Below, in pieces: positions 1 through 12,300 of a stretch of 64,000 bases of DNA. Source of the stretch: Podarcis pityusensis (lineage: Eukaryota). A program made the position numbers and the translations under genes. Location: NCBI GenBank assembly GCA_964106645.2, contig OZ067043.1; one strand, written 5' to 3'. Below the pieces are notes generated by a model. It saw only the letters and a program-made list of their open reading frames with translations, had not been told where the DNA came from and made no database searches. Each line of letters opens with the position of its first letter. The stretch's first letter is position 1.

Positions 1-116
1 TCCATTTGTAAACTGAGTCCCCCGCTGCTATGGGAAAGCACGCCTTGGTTTAAGAATGCTTTGGTTTAAGAATTGACTTCCGGAACGGATTAAGTTCATA
101 AACCAAGGTACCACTG
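1..116. mobile_element. Tc1/mariner-type MITE, right end
   Basis: Ends GGTACCACTG followed by TA; same TIR as the 31451 family. Confidence 0.65.
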
Positions 117-546
117 TATGCCCCAAATGCTTTTTCTTGGGTGGCGGCAAGGGCAAGAGGCTAGGGTATGAAACAGAATGCTAAAAGTGTCACCACTTAG
201 CCACTGTATGTGGATCAAATTCCCACTCAGCTGGCTCCCTGGGTGATCGTGGGCCACTCACTTTCTCTCAGCCAAACCAATTTCTCAAGGTTGTCACCAA
301 GATAAAGGGTAAGGGAGAATCATGCATGCCATCCTCAGATCCTAAAAGGAAGGGTTGGATAACATGCATTTCAATAAACAGATGTGCTTAATTTGGGAAT
401 GAGAAACTCAACTCCCATCAGTCCCAGTGGCGTCGCCAATGGCCATGGACGATGGGAGTTGTAGTTCAACAATAAGTGAAGGGCCTTGGGTTCCTCACTC
501 CAGGGCTCAACGCAGGGAAACTGACAATAAATATTTGCATACTTAC

Positions 547-640
547 CAGCCCTGATCTCCGCAGGTGACGTCTAATCCGGGTGTTGCTGAAGTAGCCTGC
601 CAGGTGCTTGTCTGTTAGACTGTTGTAATTTGCAAGTAAT
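547..640 (-). CDS. ERICH3: ERICH3 (glutamate-rich 3) coding exon 2; gene continues beyond the left edge of the window
   Basis: 94-nt exon between tttcag and gtaagt; reads (G)LLANYNSLTDKHLAGYFSNTRIRRHLRRSGL, matching the ERICH3 N-terminus as I recall it; expected synteny next to CRYZ. Confidence 0.9.
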
Positions 641-1103
641 CTGAAACCAAAAGAGTCACTTGTAAACAGTCGTAAAAAAACAACAACCCAGAGAACGGTT
701 TACCTTAAAATGCAAGGAACACACACACATATACACAACACCCTGGCAAAACAACCCACATAGTTACCTAGGTAACTTTTGTCAGGGCTAAGAGAGGTTC
801 TATGCCAACTTCCCCAACCTGGTGCCCTCCAGAGGTTTTGGAGTACAACTCCCATCAGCTCCAGCCAGTACAGGTTGGGGAAGGCTGGAAGTTGTATCTG
901 CACAGTTACACCAGCATTTCCCACAGCTGGTGTGTTTAATTAAGGTGCTCACAGAGCTATGTGTGTGCTTAAAGACCTGCCCTGGCCCAAGAAGGGTGAT
1001 GTCTACACATGGGCATTTAAAGAGGTGCATCTGGCTTAGATTCTTTGTGCACCTCCTGAGATAAAGGCATAGTGGGAATAAGCCTAAGTAACCCCTCTTT
1101 TGT

Positions 1104-1459
1104 GGGACACGGGTGGCGCTGTGGGTTAAACCACAGAGCCTAGGACTTGCCGATCAGAAGGTCGGCGGTTCGAATCCCCGCAACGGGGTGAGCTCCCGTT
1201 GCTCGGTCCCTGCTCCTGCCAACCTAGCAGTTCGAAAGCAAGTCAAAGTGCAAGTAGATAAATAGGTACCGCTTCAGCAGGAAGGTAAATGGCGTTTCCA
1301 TGCGCTGCTCTGGTTCGCCAGAAGTGGCTTAGTCATGCTGGCCACATGACCCAGAAGCTGTACGCTGGCTCCCTCAGCCAATAAAGCGAGATGAGCGCTG
1401 CAACCCCAGAGTCGGCCACGACTGGACCTAATGGTCAGGGGTCCCTTTACCTTTAGCTT
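1104..1459 (+). mobile_element. Sauria SINE, full length
   Basis: tRNA-like head (GGTGGCGCTGTGG, GGTTCGAATCC), BovB-like GAGTCGG..CACGACT motif, (ACCTTT) tail; 13-bp TSD TAACCCCTCTTTT (1089-1101, 1460-1472). Confidence 0.9.
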
Positions 1460-4400
1460 TAACCCCTCTTTTAAATGCCAAGCAAGCCAAGGAAACTTAT
1501 GCCACCTCAGCTTAAATGACATGGTGAATACAATTATTATTAGCTCACCTTTCTTTTCCCTCAGTTCTCTTGTTGTGTGTTAACCCTGTGGCTTTTAGCT
1601 GGTGGATATGCTATCAGGATGTTGTGAGATGGTAAACAAAAGGTCTCTTGGTGAGATGAAAGGGTGGCATAAAAATATTCTCTTCAGAAAAGAACATTGA
1701 CAAAAGCCAAAGACTTACAGGAAGTTTATTTTTGGTTTCACAATGATCCCGAAGCCTACACCAGATAAATTGAACTTTAAGCAGACAATTTAGTTTGACG
1801 TGTTATGCCTGGTGATTAAACACTGGCGCTATAGCAACTGTTTTATGTTACTTTCCTTATCGCAGTAGCTGCATTTGCATCTGAAACTGCCAGATTACAG
1901 CAATTATGCCACGCATTGATTTATAATGTCTCCTGGCACTAGTGTGCTGCATGAATAGAGGTGTAGGGGGGAATAAACCTACCCCAATATTCTTTCATTT
2001 ACTTCCTTCTCAGTATTTCACGGGCCAGATACAAGTTAAAACACAGATATCTCAAATATCACAGATATCACAGGGATGGAGCAACGCTAGCTGCTGAACT
2101 ACTGTGTTACATTTCAGTTGTGGATAGTCTCATTTCAGCAAAACGTCCAAATTCATTATAGGCTCAAAGAGCACTTTGTTCAAAAGCCAGGTTTAAGGTT
2201 GCAGTGCTCAATAGAATAAATGTCAAGCTCTTTTTCTCTGATGAGCAATTATTATTACTAATCCCAAGAGAGATGTTAGCTAGCTATGGGAGTCCTCACT
2301 TCTGACCTTTTGCCACGCACCTGCTCATGAATACCCGTAGATCAAGGGTGGATAATCTTTGGCCTTCCAGATATTGCAGAACTGTAACTCTTATCAGCCC
2401 CATCAAGCATCGCCAATGACCAACATTCCCCACACTTGCCATAGATCATGACCTGGACGGTTTGGGTTCAACCTGGAGTTCTCCATGAAGATCCCTGGGC
2501 TACGGTCTGGGTCAGATAACTCAACGCTGGCCAGTCTGCCAGCTACAGTATAAGTGAATGCTTAGCATTCACAGCGTATGATTGCAAGGAGGCAGCATGA
2601 CTCCCCACGGGCAAGAATGGGGCAGATTCAGATCCAGTGAAACCCTGAGTTTCTTTTGATTAAGGAAATTATGTGTGTCTAGTTGGAAGATATGTAATTT
2701 GTTGGTCTTCTTACAATATTTGGCTTTACTTCTATTTGCTGCTAAAAACACTGCTTAGCATCTGAGCATCATGTGCTAGGAGAAGCCCATTACTGGTCCC
2801 CATTCTTTCTCATCCCCATGCATCATCACGTGCCTCCCCTTTCCCCTCACTGGTAAATATGCACAGGGATATACATCAGGGATTTAACCATACAAAGAGA
2901 CACTTCTATATCCAACTGAGCCAGGCCAGTCCCCCAAACCCTGTTTCCACAGGTGTTTTGGATCACAGAGAAAGGCTTCCAGCTTTGATGATCTAGCTTC
3001 TAGGCAGACTCGGACCCCAGCCTCTTTTGCTTTTGAAGAGTCTGTAGTCCGTGAGAAAGAAATGGGCTCCTTTCCCACCTAGCAGGTCCAATACAATAAA
3101 CTTTAGTATGACATCACTGGTTACGTGTGGGCATGGTTTCCACCCTGTTAAAGAAATGTATGCCTTTCATTCAAACAAACGATGCATGCGTGCACACACA
3201 CTATGTACTGAAAGCCTAGACCAGGTTTCTGTTTCCAAGTGTTAACAGCAAACCATAGTACACATATTATGTTTTCAACACTGGAAAGACCACAAGCGAA
3301 CAACATTCTTCTAATGTTACCTGTTCCTGGCAATGCATGAAGCACTGTTTGTTTACCACAAGCCTACTAACCATACCTGAGACAAAAGAGAATAAAGCAT
3401 CTTCATTGGGGTGGTGATAGAAGAGTAGGAGTGAAGTGTAGAACCACAGGCAGCAATGAGAAGAGCTTCCTCCTAGCACTGGAATAATTCCCTCAATCAC
3501 TCGTTAGTTCCTGAAGGGCTTGCTCCCCAAACACAGTCGTAGGTCCTGCAAGCCCTGAGCCTTACTTGTCCCAACCATTGCTTAAACTCACTGCCTCCTG
3601 TTAGGGTGTGCAAGCACACAACTCCAGTCAGAAAGGGGCACAATGAGGCCACCAGCCATCAAGGCCTAATCATGCAGAAACGCAGAACCATAACCCTTAC
3701 GGCTTTATCAAACCAAAGACCTGCCCCCTTGGCAGGTTATGATGCAAGATCCAAATACATTATCTGCCCTTTACTACTGTCACGGTACTTTACGTCCTGT
3801 AAACAGTGTTGCCTTTCAGAGCAAATTTCTGTGACTTTTTTTATTGATTTGAAAGTAGATTTGAACATAAGACTTCGTAAGTCTCTAACATTATTTTTTA
3901 GAAAACAAATCTTCACAGTTAATTGTTCATGGTGCAATTAAGTTAGCAATGGTATACCAAAGAAACAATCTGGAAAGATCCTAGTTATTGATCGGTAGAG
4001 CCAGTTACAGGGAGTTACAATCTCTGCCTTATAGTTTACAATTGCACTTTATTGCCGATTCTACACTTAAGCTGAAATGAGACCCAACCGCAACCGAGAT
4101 ATTTTCCCAGGTTTAATAGCTTTAATACAGTGACCAATGTGGCTTTATTTCCAGTTGTGATAAAGAAAACTGACACCTTTGCAAACAGAATAGCAGCATT
4201 ACCCTACATACGTCTGTTCAGAAATAAACTCCATTAAGGTAAATGGGTCTTACTCCTGGGTAAATATATAATAGTGTACACACATTCCTGTTTACTCTGC
4301 ATCCAGCACACTCCCACTGGAAAGTGGTGTACACTCAACATCAGTCACAATCCATATCTATCCTGTATATATCCTGTTGTTTCTTATGAAATACTCAGTT

Positions 4401-5120
4401 TTCCAAAAACCTGCTTTGATCTGAATTGAGAAAAGAGCAATGTAGCTGCATTTAAGCTGGTGTTGTGTACAGACCCTTCATTTAACAGGAAACTGAATGT
4501 TTCTTGTAATATGGAAGTCCCAGCAGGTTATATACAACCCATTAAGATACATGAAGTCTCATGGAAAGGCTAGTTGACCAATCACTCTTGAGATCTTAGC
4601 TAATTTTTGAATGTTTGCTTTTGTTCCTTTAAGAGTCACCACTGAATCTGAAAATGGTCACAGTACACATGCTACCAGGAGAAATTATGGAAGAATTTAC
4701 CCAGGCTTTAACTGGTCAAATGGCAGGTGAATGTTAGGACTCAGCTACATTAGTAAAGGGAAAGCATTTTATATGCGTTATAACACTGTGACACCAGGTG
4801 ATGCTGTCGAGTTCTGTCTTTCGCCAACGTTATTTCCCTCATTGAGGTTTACAACGTGTTTCCCTTAAACACTTTTTTTCCCCTCAATGTGTCTAGATCC
4901 AGCCTCACAGTAAGGCATGGAGCATGATGCATGATGCAAAGGCATAGGAAGTGGAACAAAGATTTGGTTGACTTTGCAAAGTTATATATATTTCACAAGT
5001 TCCAATAATCACTATTAAATTATGATGTTTGGTTTTACATTGAGTTCTATTTAAAGGAAATGTTGTTTCAGTGTATTTTAAAGTTTTTCCTCACGCTAGG
5101 GTTGTGTGAACAATGAAAAG

Positions 5121-5474
5121 CTAAAGGTAAAGAGACCCCTGACCATTAGGTCCAGGCGTGACCAACTCTGGGGTTGTGGCGCTCATCTCGCTTTATTGGC
5201 CGAGGGAGCCGGCGTACAGCTTCCAGGTCATGTGGCCAGCATGACTAAGCTGCTTCTGGCGAACCAGTGCAGTGCACGGAAACGCCGTTTACCTTCCCGC
5301 TGAAGTGGTACCTATTTATCTACTTGCACTTTGGCGTGCTTTTGAACTGCTAGGTTGGCAGGAGCAGGGACCGAGCAACGGAAGCTCACCCCGTTGCAGG
5401 GATTCGAACCGCCCACCTTCTGATCGGCAAAATCCTAGGCTCTGTGGTTTAACCCACAGAGCCACCTGCGTCCC
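5121..5474 (-). mobile_element. Sauria SINE, full length
   Basis: Reverse-complement copy of 1104-1459; 15-bp TSD GTGAACAATGAAAAG (5106-5120, 5475-5489). Confidence 0.9.
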
Positions 5475-7906
5475 GTGAACAATGAAAAGTAAGTTGTAAA
5501 TAATTTAAATAGACGTTGTATTGCGTTGATGGCTGTAAAGCCTCTGGCACTGGTTGGCTGAGAAAAGACTAATAGTATGAAATGTTTCTAAACATTTAAA
5601 TTCCAGAAGCAGAACTCTGAGGAAGTTTGCAATGTGCCTTCTGTGATAAAATGGAGCTGCCGGTCTGGCTGGGATTAAAAATCAACTCAACATGGGACCT
5701 GGAGCCAGAATTAGAACTATTTTTCAAAGGCAGAATGAGTACCGGAAAAAGCTCTAGAAGATAGGGAACCCAGAATAGATGGAGGAGAGGAGGCTTGGGA
5801 AAAGGGTAAGGAAGGCCAGGGTCTCGCAGTCAAGAAGGGGTTAATAAGAGAGGGGTGCTGAATAAATGTTAATGCTGAGGTCTGGAGAGCCTTGTAGGAA
5901 GAGAAAGAGGCTTAGGTGATTGAGTAGCAAGTGGGCTAATAAAACAATGCATGGGAATGGTCAAGAGATGGAGTTGAAGGATTGAAGAACCAAGGTGAAG
6001 ATGGGTCTCTGACACAAACACTTTTATATGGCCAAGGATCACAGGAGGCAGCAGTATTGATAGGCAGCAACGGAGAATAGTAGGGCTGGAGCTTAAGGCC
6101 AGTGATCCAGCATTGGCCACAGGTGGGGAACCTGCTGCCCTCCCAATGTTTGAATCTTCGAACTGCAGAGTTGGGAGGGACCCAAAGAGTCATCTCATGC
6201 AGCACCCTCTGCAATATTGAGTCTCAGTACCCAAGAGCCACAGATATGATGGCATGGCCAACAGTCAGGGATGATGGGAGTTCCAGCAACATCTGCAAAG
6301 ACCATATGTTCCTCACTCCCAGTATATACCCTGATAGGTCTATAGCAGCTTTAAGAGTTACACAGAAGGACAATTTTGTCCACTGTGGCTTCTAGTTGTC
6401 ACTACTACCTTGTCAAAAAGGTTTGCCTGAACTATGTGGAGAGGCTTTGTAGAAGATCGTAGAAGATTAGCCTAGTTTCCTGTTCCTCTCCCTGCACATT
6501 CTATTTATGACACTATGTAAAGCTGCATTGCATATTTTTGCTATGTCCTGGATATCACCCACTGAGTTCAATGAGACTTAGCAGGTAAGTGGGTATAGGA
6601 TTGTAGCCTCAGTTAAGTTTAAGTCACATTGAAATCAACGGAGTAAGTTAATCATTATGTAAATGCCATTGGTTTTAATAAGAACCAAGCGCAACTAACT
6701 TAATCTGGATCCCTTAATTCATAATAGATCCATCATTAATTGAACATCAGAGCACTCCATGGATCAGATTTGTGTAATAGTCCTCCCAGAACGACGCCAG
6801 ATACAGCATTTCAGTTGGCATGGCTTAGCATGGATAATTTTTTGCCAAAAACAAGTTATATGGATTTGTCTTCATTAAGTTAATCTATACACACAGCTTC
6901 AGGGGTTATCTTCACTAAAGCTCATGTGTTTAAAACACTCAAAGTTCACTTAAAAATAATCATCTGTCCAAGTTCAAAACAAGTGTGAATATTACCCAAT
7001 AAAAAGCTAGATGTTTTAGCAAATTAAGCAATTCTCAAATAATTAATTAGAAAACAAAAAAAACAAAAAACAACAACAGCCAGTGTTGACAATGGGAATT
7101 GAAAGTCAAAGTTATTGTTGCATCTCTAATGCAAGAAACTTGTAATGATTTAAATTTGGATCCCCTCCATTTTCTTCTTCTTCTTTGAAAAGGTGATAGA
7201 TACAAGGGAAAGGGAAAAGAAAACCTTAAATTAAATGCAAGACAAGCTCAGAGATACTTTGCCTCCCAGCCTTTATTTCTGATGGCTCATTACAAGAAAG
7301 CAACTCATCACAGTTGCTTTAAAATATCAGTTTTACTACATTTAAGTTGCATAAAAGACTTCTCTGGTTGAATAGCAAGAGCTGCCAAATTTGTATTTCG
7401 GCAGGTTACTCAAAAGGAGGAAGATAATAGTAACTTTAGTTTGGATACGGGTTTTTAATATTAAATTACCCCTCCATGCTCCTTGCCACCGCATCGCTCT
7501 TGGAGAATATGAATGAGTTCAGCTGTGGCACTTCCCTGTTCATATTCCTCTGCTGTCTAACAAACTTTGCACTAAACATATCTTTCTGCTCCATTAATTG
7601 AGGTTTAGCACCTGACGCTTGCAACTCTGGCGGCGAGAGTGACGCATGTCATCATTATACATAAAAGCCTCTCTTTCATTTTGAAAAGAAAATGACGTTT
7701 TGGTAATGGGGGAGAAAAGGCACATATATGTAATTTTCAAACAGGAGATGAACTCTGAAACAATACCAAAAAGCCCCCCCCCCCCAGCTGGTGAATAGGT
7801 AGGTTTTTAAGACACACAAAATATATACAGCTCGCTGTCTGCCCCATCCCATTTTATCCCATCCCCCCTGACCCTCCCCCTGAAGATCTGGAACCTTCTC
7901 ACTTAC

Positions 7907-7926
7907 CCAGGGTGAGGATGGTTCAT
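7907..7926 (-). CDS. ERICH3: ERICH3 coding exon 1 (MNHPHPG)
   Basis: aaaATG AAC CAT CCT CAC CCT GG|gtaagt; phase 2 joins exon 2 in frame (GG+A=Gly); resembles mammalian MSHSHPAG; lies just downstream of a CpG-rich promoter. Confidence 0.85.
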
Positions 7927-7999
7927 TTTTGCAGAATGGCTTTTTAAACAAAACAAAAACAAAACAAAAAAAACCTGATGCTTAAAGGCCGTGTGCTTT

Positions 8000-8320
8000 T
8001 AAAAGACAGCAGCCGCCTCAGAAACTGACTGCTGATCCTCCTCGCCTCTTCCAGATGCCCGCGACCCTGTGGATTCCCCTCAGGAATCCTAACCTGGCCC
8101 CCAGCTGACTGTGCCAAAACATCTCTTCCCGTTGCTAAGGGAGGGCCACGTGGTGATGCTTTCGAGGAGGCGGGCGCACAGACCGAAATAAAGGCGGGGG
8201 GGGGGAGAGAAAAACCTCCTTTAGCCCAATGTATTGGGAGAACTGGGGAGGCTCTCTCAGCTGATAGGAGGAACGGCGCTGCCACTTGCTCTGTGTTGCA
8301 AGCAGGTTCCCCAGGCGCCT
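8000..8320 (-). promoter_or_regulatory. ERICH3 promoter/5'UTR region, CpG-enriched
   Basis: RFX-like GTTGCTAAGG (8131-8140), E-box CACGTG (8147-8152), GC boxes and CCAAT (8226-8230) upstream of exon 1. Confidence 0.6.
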
Positions 8321-8434
8321 GTAACCCGACACACACAAATACACACAGACACACAACACACCGTCGGTGGAGCTTCTGGTCTGATCTGCAGACAGGGACC
8401 TCGGAAGAGCTGGAGAGAGACGATGAATGGTTTG

Positions 8435-8480
<46 letters not shown>
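8435..8480. repeat. (ATATAC)n microsatellite
   Basis: Read directly. Confidence 0.95.
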
Positions 8481-8590
8481 GTATGTATATCTCCCCATCT
8501 CATACACAGAACTGTTACAGAGTTTGCAAAGTGGTTAGACCAGTGATTCATTCAGACATGGAGGCTAATTTATGATCCAGTCCCTTTTTA

Positions 8591-8719
8591 AGAACATAGA
8601 ATGATAGAGTTGGAAGGGACCACGAGGGTCATCTAGTCCAACCCCCTGCAATGCCGAAATCTTTTGCCCGATCATGTGGGGCTCGAACCCACGATCCTGA
8701 GATTAAGAGTCTCAGACGC
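8591..8719 (-). mobile_element. tRNA-Lys(CTT)-derived SINE with CR1-type tail (5'-truncated)
   Basis: Minus strand reads GAGACTCTTAATCTCAGGATCGTGGGTTCGAGCCCCAC (tRNA-Lys anticodon and T arms), then a CR1 3'UTR-like GCAGGGGGTTGGACTAGATG...TTCCAACTCTATCATTCTATG. Confidence 0.75.
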
Positions 8720-8969
8720 ATTTTAAAGGTTCGGAAGCTGGTATTCCCTGGCCAGACCACCCACAATGCTTCGTCCTAGGGGAACTGCTTGGTTTGATTC
8801 CACTGCGCTCCCGCGCAGCTGCCTCTGGTAGGCGAGGATCTGAAGCATTTGCCGCAGTTGTTGGGCTCTTATTGAAATCGCCACCTAGTCAATGCTGTGT
8901 AGAGCGGAGGCGGCGTATACAGGACTAGGAGGAAAGGCAGAAAGCAAGTGATCCGTCACGGCAGGATGC

Positions 8970-9300
8970 CATACCCTCCAACATTTCTCCGATGAAAATA
9001 GGGACGTCCCATTCCATAATGCTAATATTATTATTTATACCCCACACATCTTAATTGGGTTGCCCCAGCACTCCGGGCAGCTTCCAACATATATAAAAAC
9101 ATAATTAAACATTTAAAAAACCACTTCCCTATACAGGATTGCCTACAGGTGGCTTGAAGGTTGGATAACTCCATACCCTCCAACATTTCTCCAATGAAAA
9201 TAGGGACATCCTAAGGAAAACCAGACATCCCGGTCAGAAACCAGGATGGCTTCTTTAAATAAGGGTCGTCCCTGGAAAACAGGGATGCTTGGAGGGTCTG
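8970..9300. mobile_element. Non-autonomous DNA transposon with duplicated left end
   Basis: TIR CATACCCTCCAA / TTGGAGGGTCTG; flanking GGATGC repeat; left ~40 bp repeated at 9171-9211. Confidence 0.6.
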
Positions 9301-12300
9301 GGATGCCATCAACACGGATGTAAACCTAACAAGAGTTACCTGGGCAGAACACTGACTCCAAGGTGCTTACAATCTGCAATAGGCAGTGGTAAAAAGGGGG
9401 AGATTCGCCCCCCCCCCCCAAAAAACCATTTAAAGTACATTCAGTCACTTCACCCAAAGAACTTTGGGAACAGTAGTTTGTTAAGGGTACTGGAAACTGT
9501 AGCTCTGAGCACGTGAAACTACAGTTCCCATGATTCTCTGAGGGAAGTCACGTGCATTGAATGTGCTTTGGAAGGAGGGTCAGGATAAGGAAAGTGACAT
9601 AGTGGTAGACAACTGTACACACTTAAAGCAATGTTACAGATGGGGACCCGTATTAAAGGGACAAGCAATGGCGTCCGGTGTGCCACTAAGAAGTATGCAT
9701 ATTTTACTCCGAATTCAGGGGCGAATCAAGAATAATATTTATTTCAGTGTATGATTCTAGTTGCCTCTTGTCAAAAATATTTGTCACAGAGCTGCAAAAG
9801 GTGTAGAAAGTGTCTCCCAAATCTCTTGGGCTTGAACATGTTTCGAGAAATTATTCAGATAATGCACAACTTATTAAGGTATTACTGCCATAAGATGTAG
9901 TGATGGCCACAGGCTTTGAAGGCTTAAAAAAATGTATTGAGAAAGACACCGCCTTGATGGCCCTATTAATAGTAACTACAATGTCTGTTCTGGCTGAAAA
10001 ACAGTGGGAAGGAAACTTTTAAAAAGCAACGGGTAGTATCCAACTAAATCATATACCAGTTAGACCCATTGAAATTCATGGACTTAAGTTAGCCATGTCT
10101 AAAGTCCATTTATGGTCTGCTCTGAGCATGACAATTAAAAACCACCCAGTGCGTTTTGCTGGCATCTCCTACACCTAACGAAAATGTCCTCTTCTCGTCT
10201 GTTCCTTTGAATGGCTTTTTCTGTATTCCTTTTTCGATCCATATGAACCTCTGGACCTTCATTTCAAGGAAGACGAGGCAGTAGATGTCATAGTGCTCCA
10301 CTCCTATCTTCATATCTGTCCACAACGGTCCCAAAGCTTACCTGTTATAGAAACCTCCATCTTTGTGGAATCAAGAACATGCCACCCAGAACAGAGTGCT
10401 AAGCAAAACTAAGCTGGAATCTAAGAATTTGATTCTGGCAACCTTCAGCACTTTATACATAGTAGTGGGATAGGTTATGCTTAGCTGTGTGTACGGCAGA
10501 GAAGTCCCTTCAGATGTTTTGGAGCTACAATTTACCAAGTGAACATACATGGACCCTTCATTCGTGATCCCAGGCTCCTCTGCAGGTCCTCTGTCTGAGA
10601 AAAGTTTGAAGAATTACGCCAAGGGAGGGGGCCTTTTTGGTTGTGGCCTCACTCTATGGAATTCTCTTCCCAGCAAGGCTTGCCTGGTGCTGACATTCTC
10701 CCCCTTTTGGCACCATGCAAAAATGTACTTCTTTCTCAAGGCTTTTGAGGCCTTATGATAATCTTGCTTATTGATGTTTATCTCTGTGTGGAGTTGTTGT
10801 GAAGGGGGTATTGTTTGTCTTAGGCAAATCAAAGTAATAAGTAACTTCCCATCAGCCCTAACTAGCACAGCCAGCGGTCAGGAATGATGGGACTCCACTG
10901 TGGGGTCCCTGCCCCATGGCTGAGGTACACTTTCCTAACACATTTAAAAATTGGCATAAGCTTACTGCCTTCACATAGTTCCGAGGAGACCACCAGCATT
11001 TCAAAGTTAGTTCTCCCATTCTTTGCAAAGCAGGGATTTTGTATTATTATTATTATTGCAGCCCTGGTAAAGGAAACATGTTGAAACAGAAGTGCTAATA
11101 ACTTACTGAAGAGAAGGAAAGGTCTCCCATTTCCACCTTTCTTGAGGTAATATCCCATGCGTCTCCCAGGTAGAAAGTGTGAAATTGTGTTTTGGCAAAT
11201 GCCTTGAGGAATATCTCCCCATTCTTTCACTGGTATAAAGTGTAACACATCTTATCGCTGCAGATAAGAAATGTATTAGGAACAGGAGTAGCACGACCCC
11301 TTCTGGTGGGAAGTCAAGCAGCTCTCTTCATGGTCACTTTCAACTTTATCAACAGGAAATAGTGGAACATCACTGCTAGGCCTATGCTGTATTTATGCAT
11401 GCAATTGTTTATTTTGAATGGAGGATATAATTCAACATCGTGCTCTTCCAAGCATTCCAGCTTGTCAGAGGGAATGGTCCTGCATTCCACACCCAGCCAC
11501 CCTCAGCCAATTTTGTGGAGCATGTGGGCAGAGGAAGAGGTAATCCCACTGGGCAAGTGGAATTCCTCGTGCAGGGTTTCTGCCAGTTAAGTGAATCCTG
11601 CCCAAAATTTCTTGGCAACCTTTATTTCTTAAAAGCCTAACCACACCTCCTTCTTCTACTTGCATTCTCTATTGCATTCTGAATGGCACTGAAGTTCTGT
11701 GAAAAGGCTACATGACACAGTCCTGTTTGCATTCACTAAACTACCTTACACATGTCTATATTCAGAAGCAAGTCCTACTGAGTTCAGTGGGGCTTAAACC
11801 CAGGTAAATGGGCGCAGGATTGCTGGCAATGAATTAGTTATCCTTGAGCGCTTCACCTCATTTGATGTAGATCAGCAACAGCCAGCTTGGTATCCTCCAC
11901 ATACTGCCGATGACAACAACTCCCATCATCCTTAACTATTTGCTGGGCTGGCTGGGGGTGATGGGAGCTCTAGTCCATAACAACTAGCGGACACCTTGTT
12001 AGCTCTTTCACTAATACTGCACTGTTTCTTGTACACTGCCTTGGGAGGATCTGTATCCTGAAAGGCAGGATATAAAGAACTGGGATAGACAGATATAGGC
12101 GGGCACAGGGAACACTGTTGCAAAGAGCGTAGCATTAAGCTTCTCATTTCTGTATGCATCTGACCTCTCATTTCCACTATTAGTTACTGCCATCACAAGC
12201 CCAAACAGCTGCTACCATGCCTTCATAAGTAATATTTCGTCTTCCCTGGTGCTTTGTTCTGACAGCCATAATCTCTATACTTCCATCTTTCAAGAAAGGC

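Noticed and set aside
7944-8575. Several ORFs of 73-187 aa with YI/CI/HI repeats
   Set aside because: Artefacts of the (ATATAC)n microsatellite and the GC-rich promoter.
8660-8719. Possible tRNA-Lys gene
   Set aside because: Lacks the 5' half and is fused to a CR1-type tail; it is a SINE.
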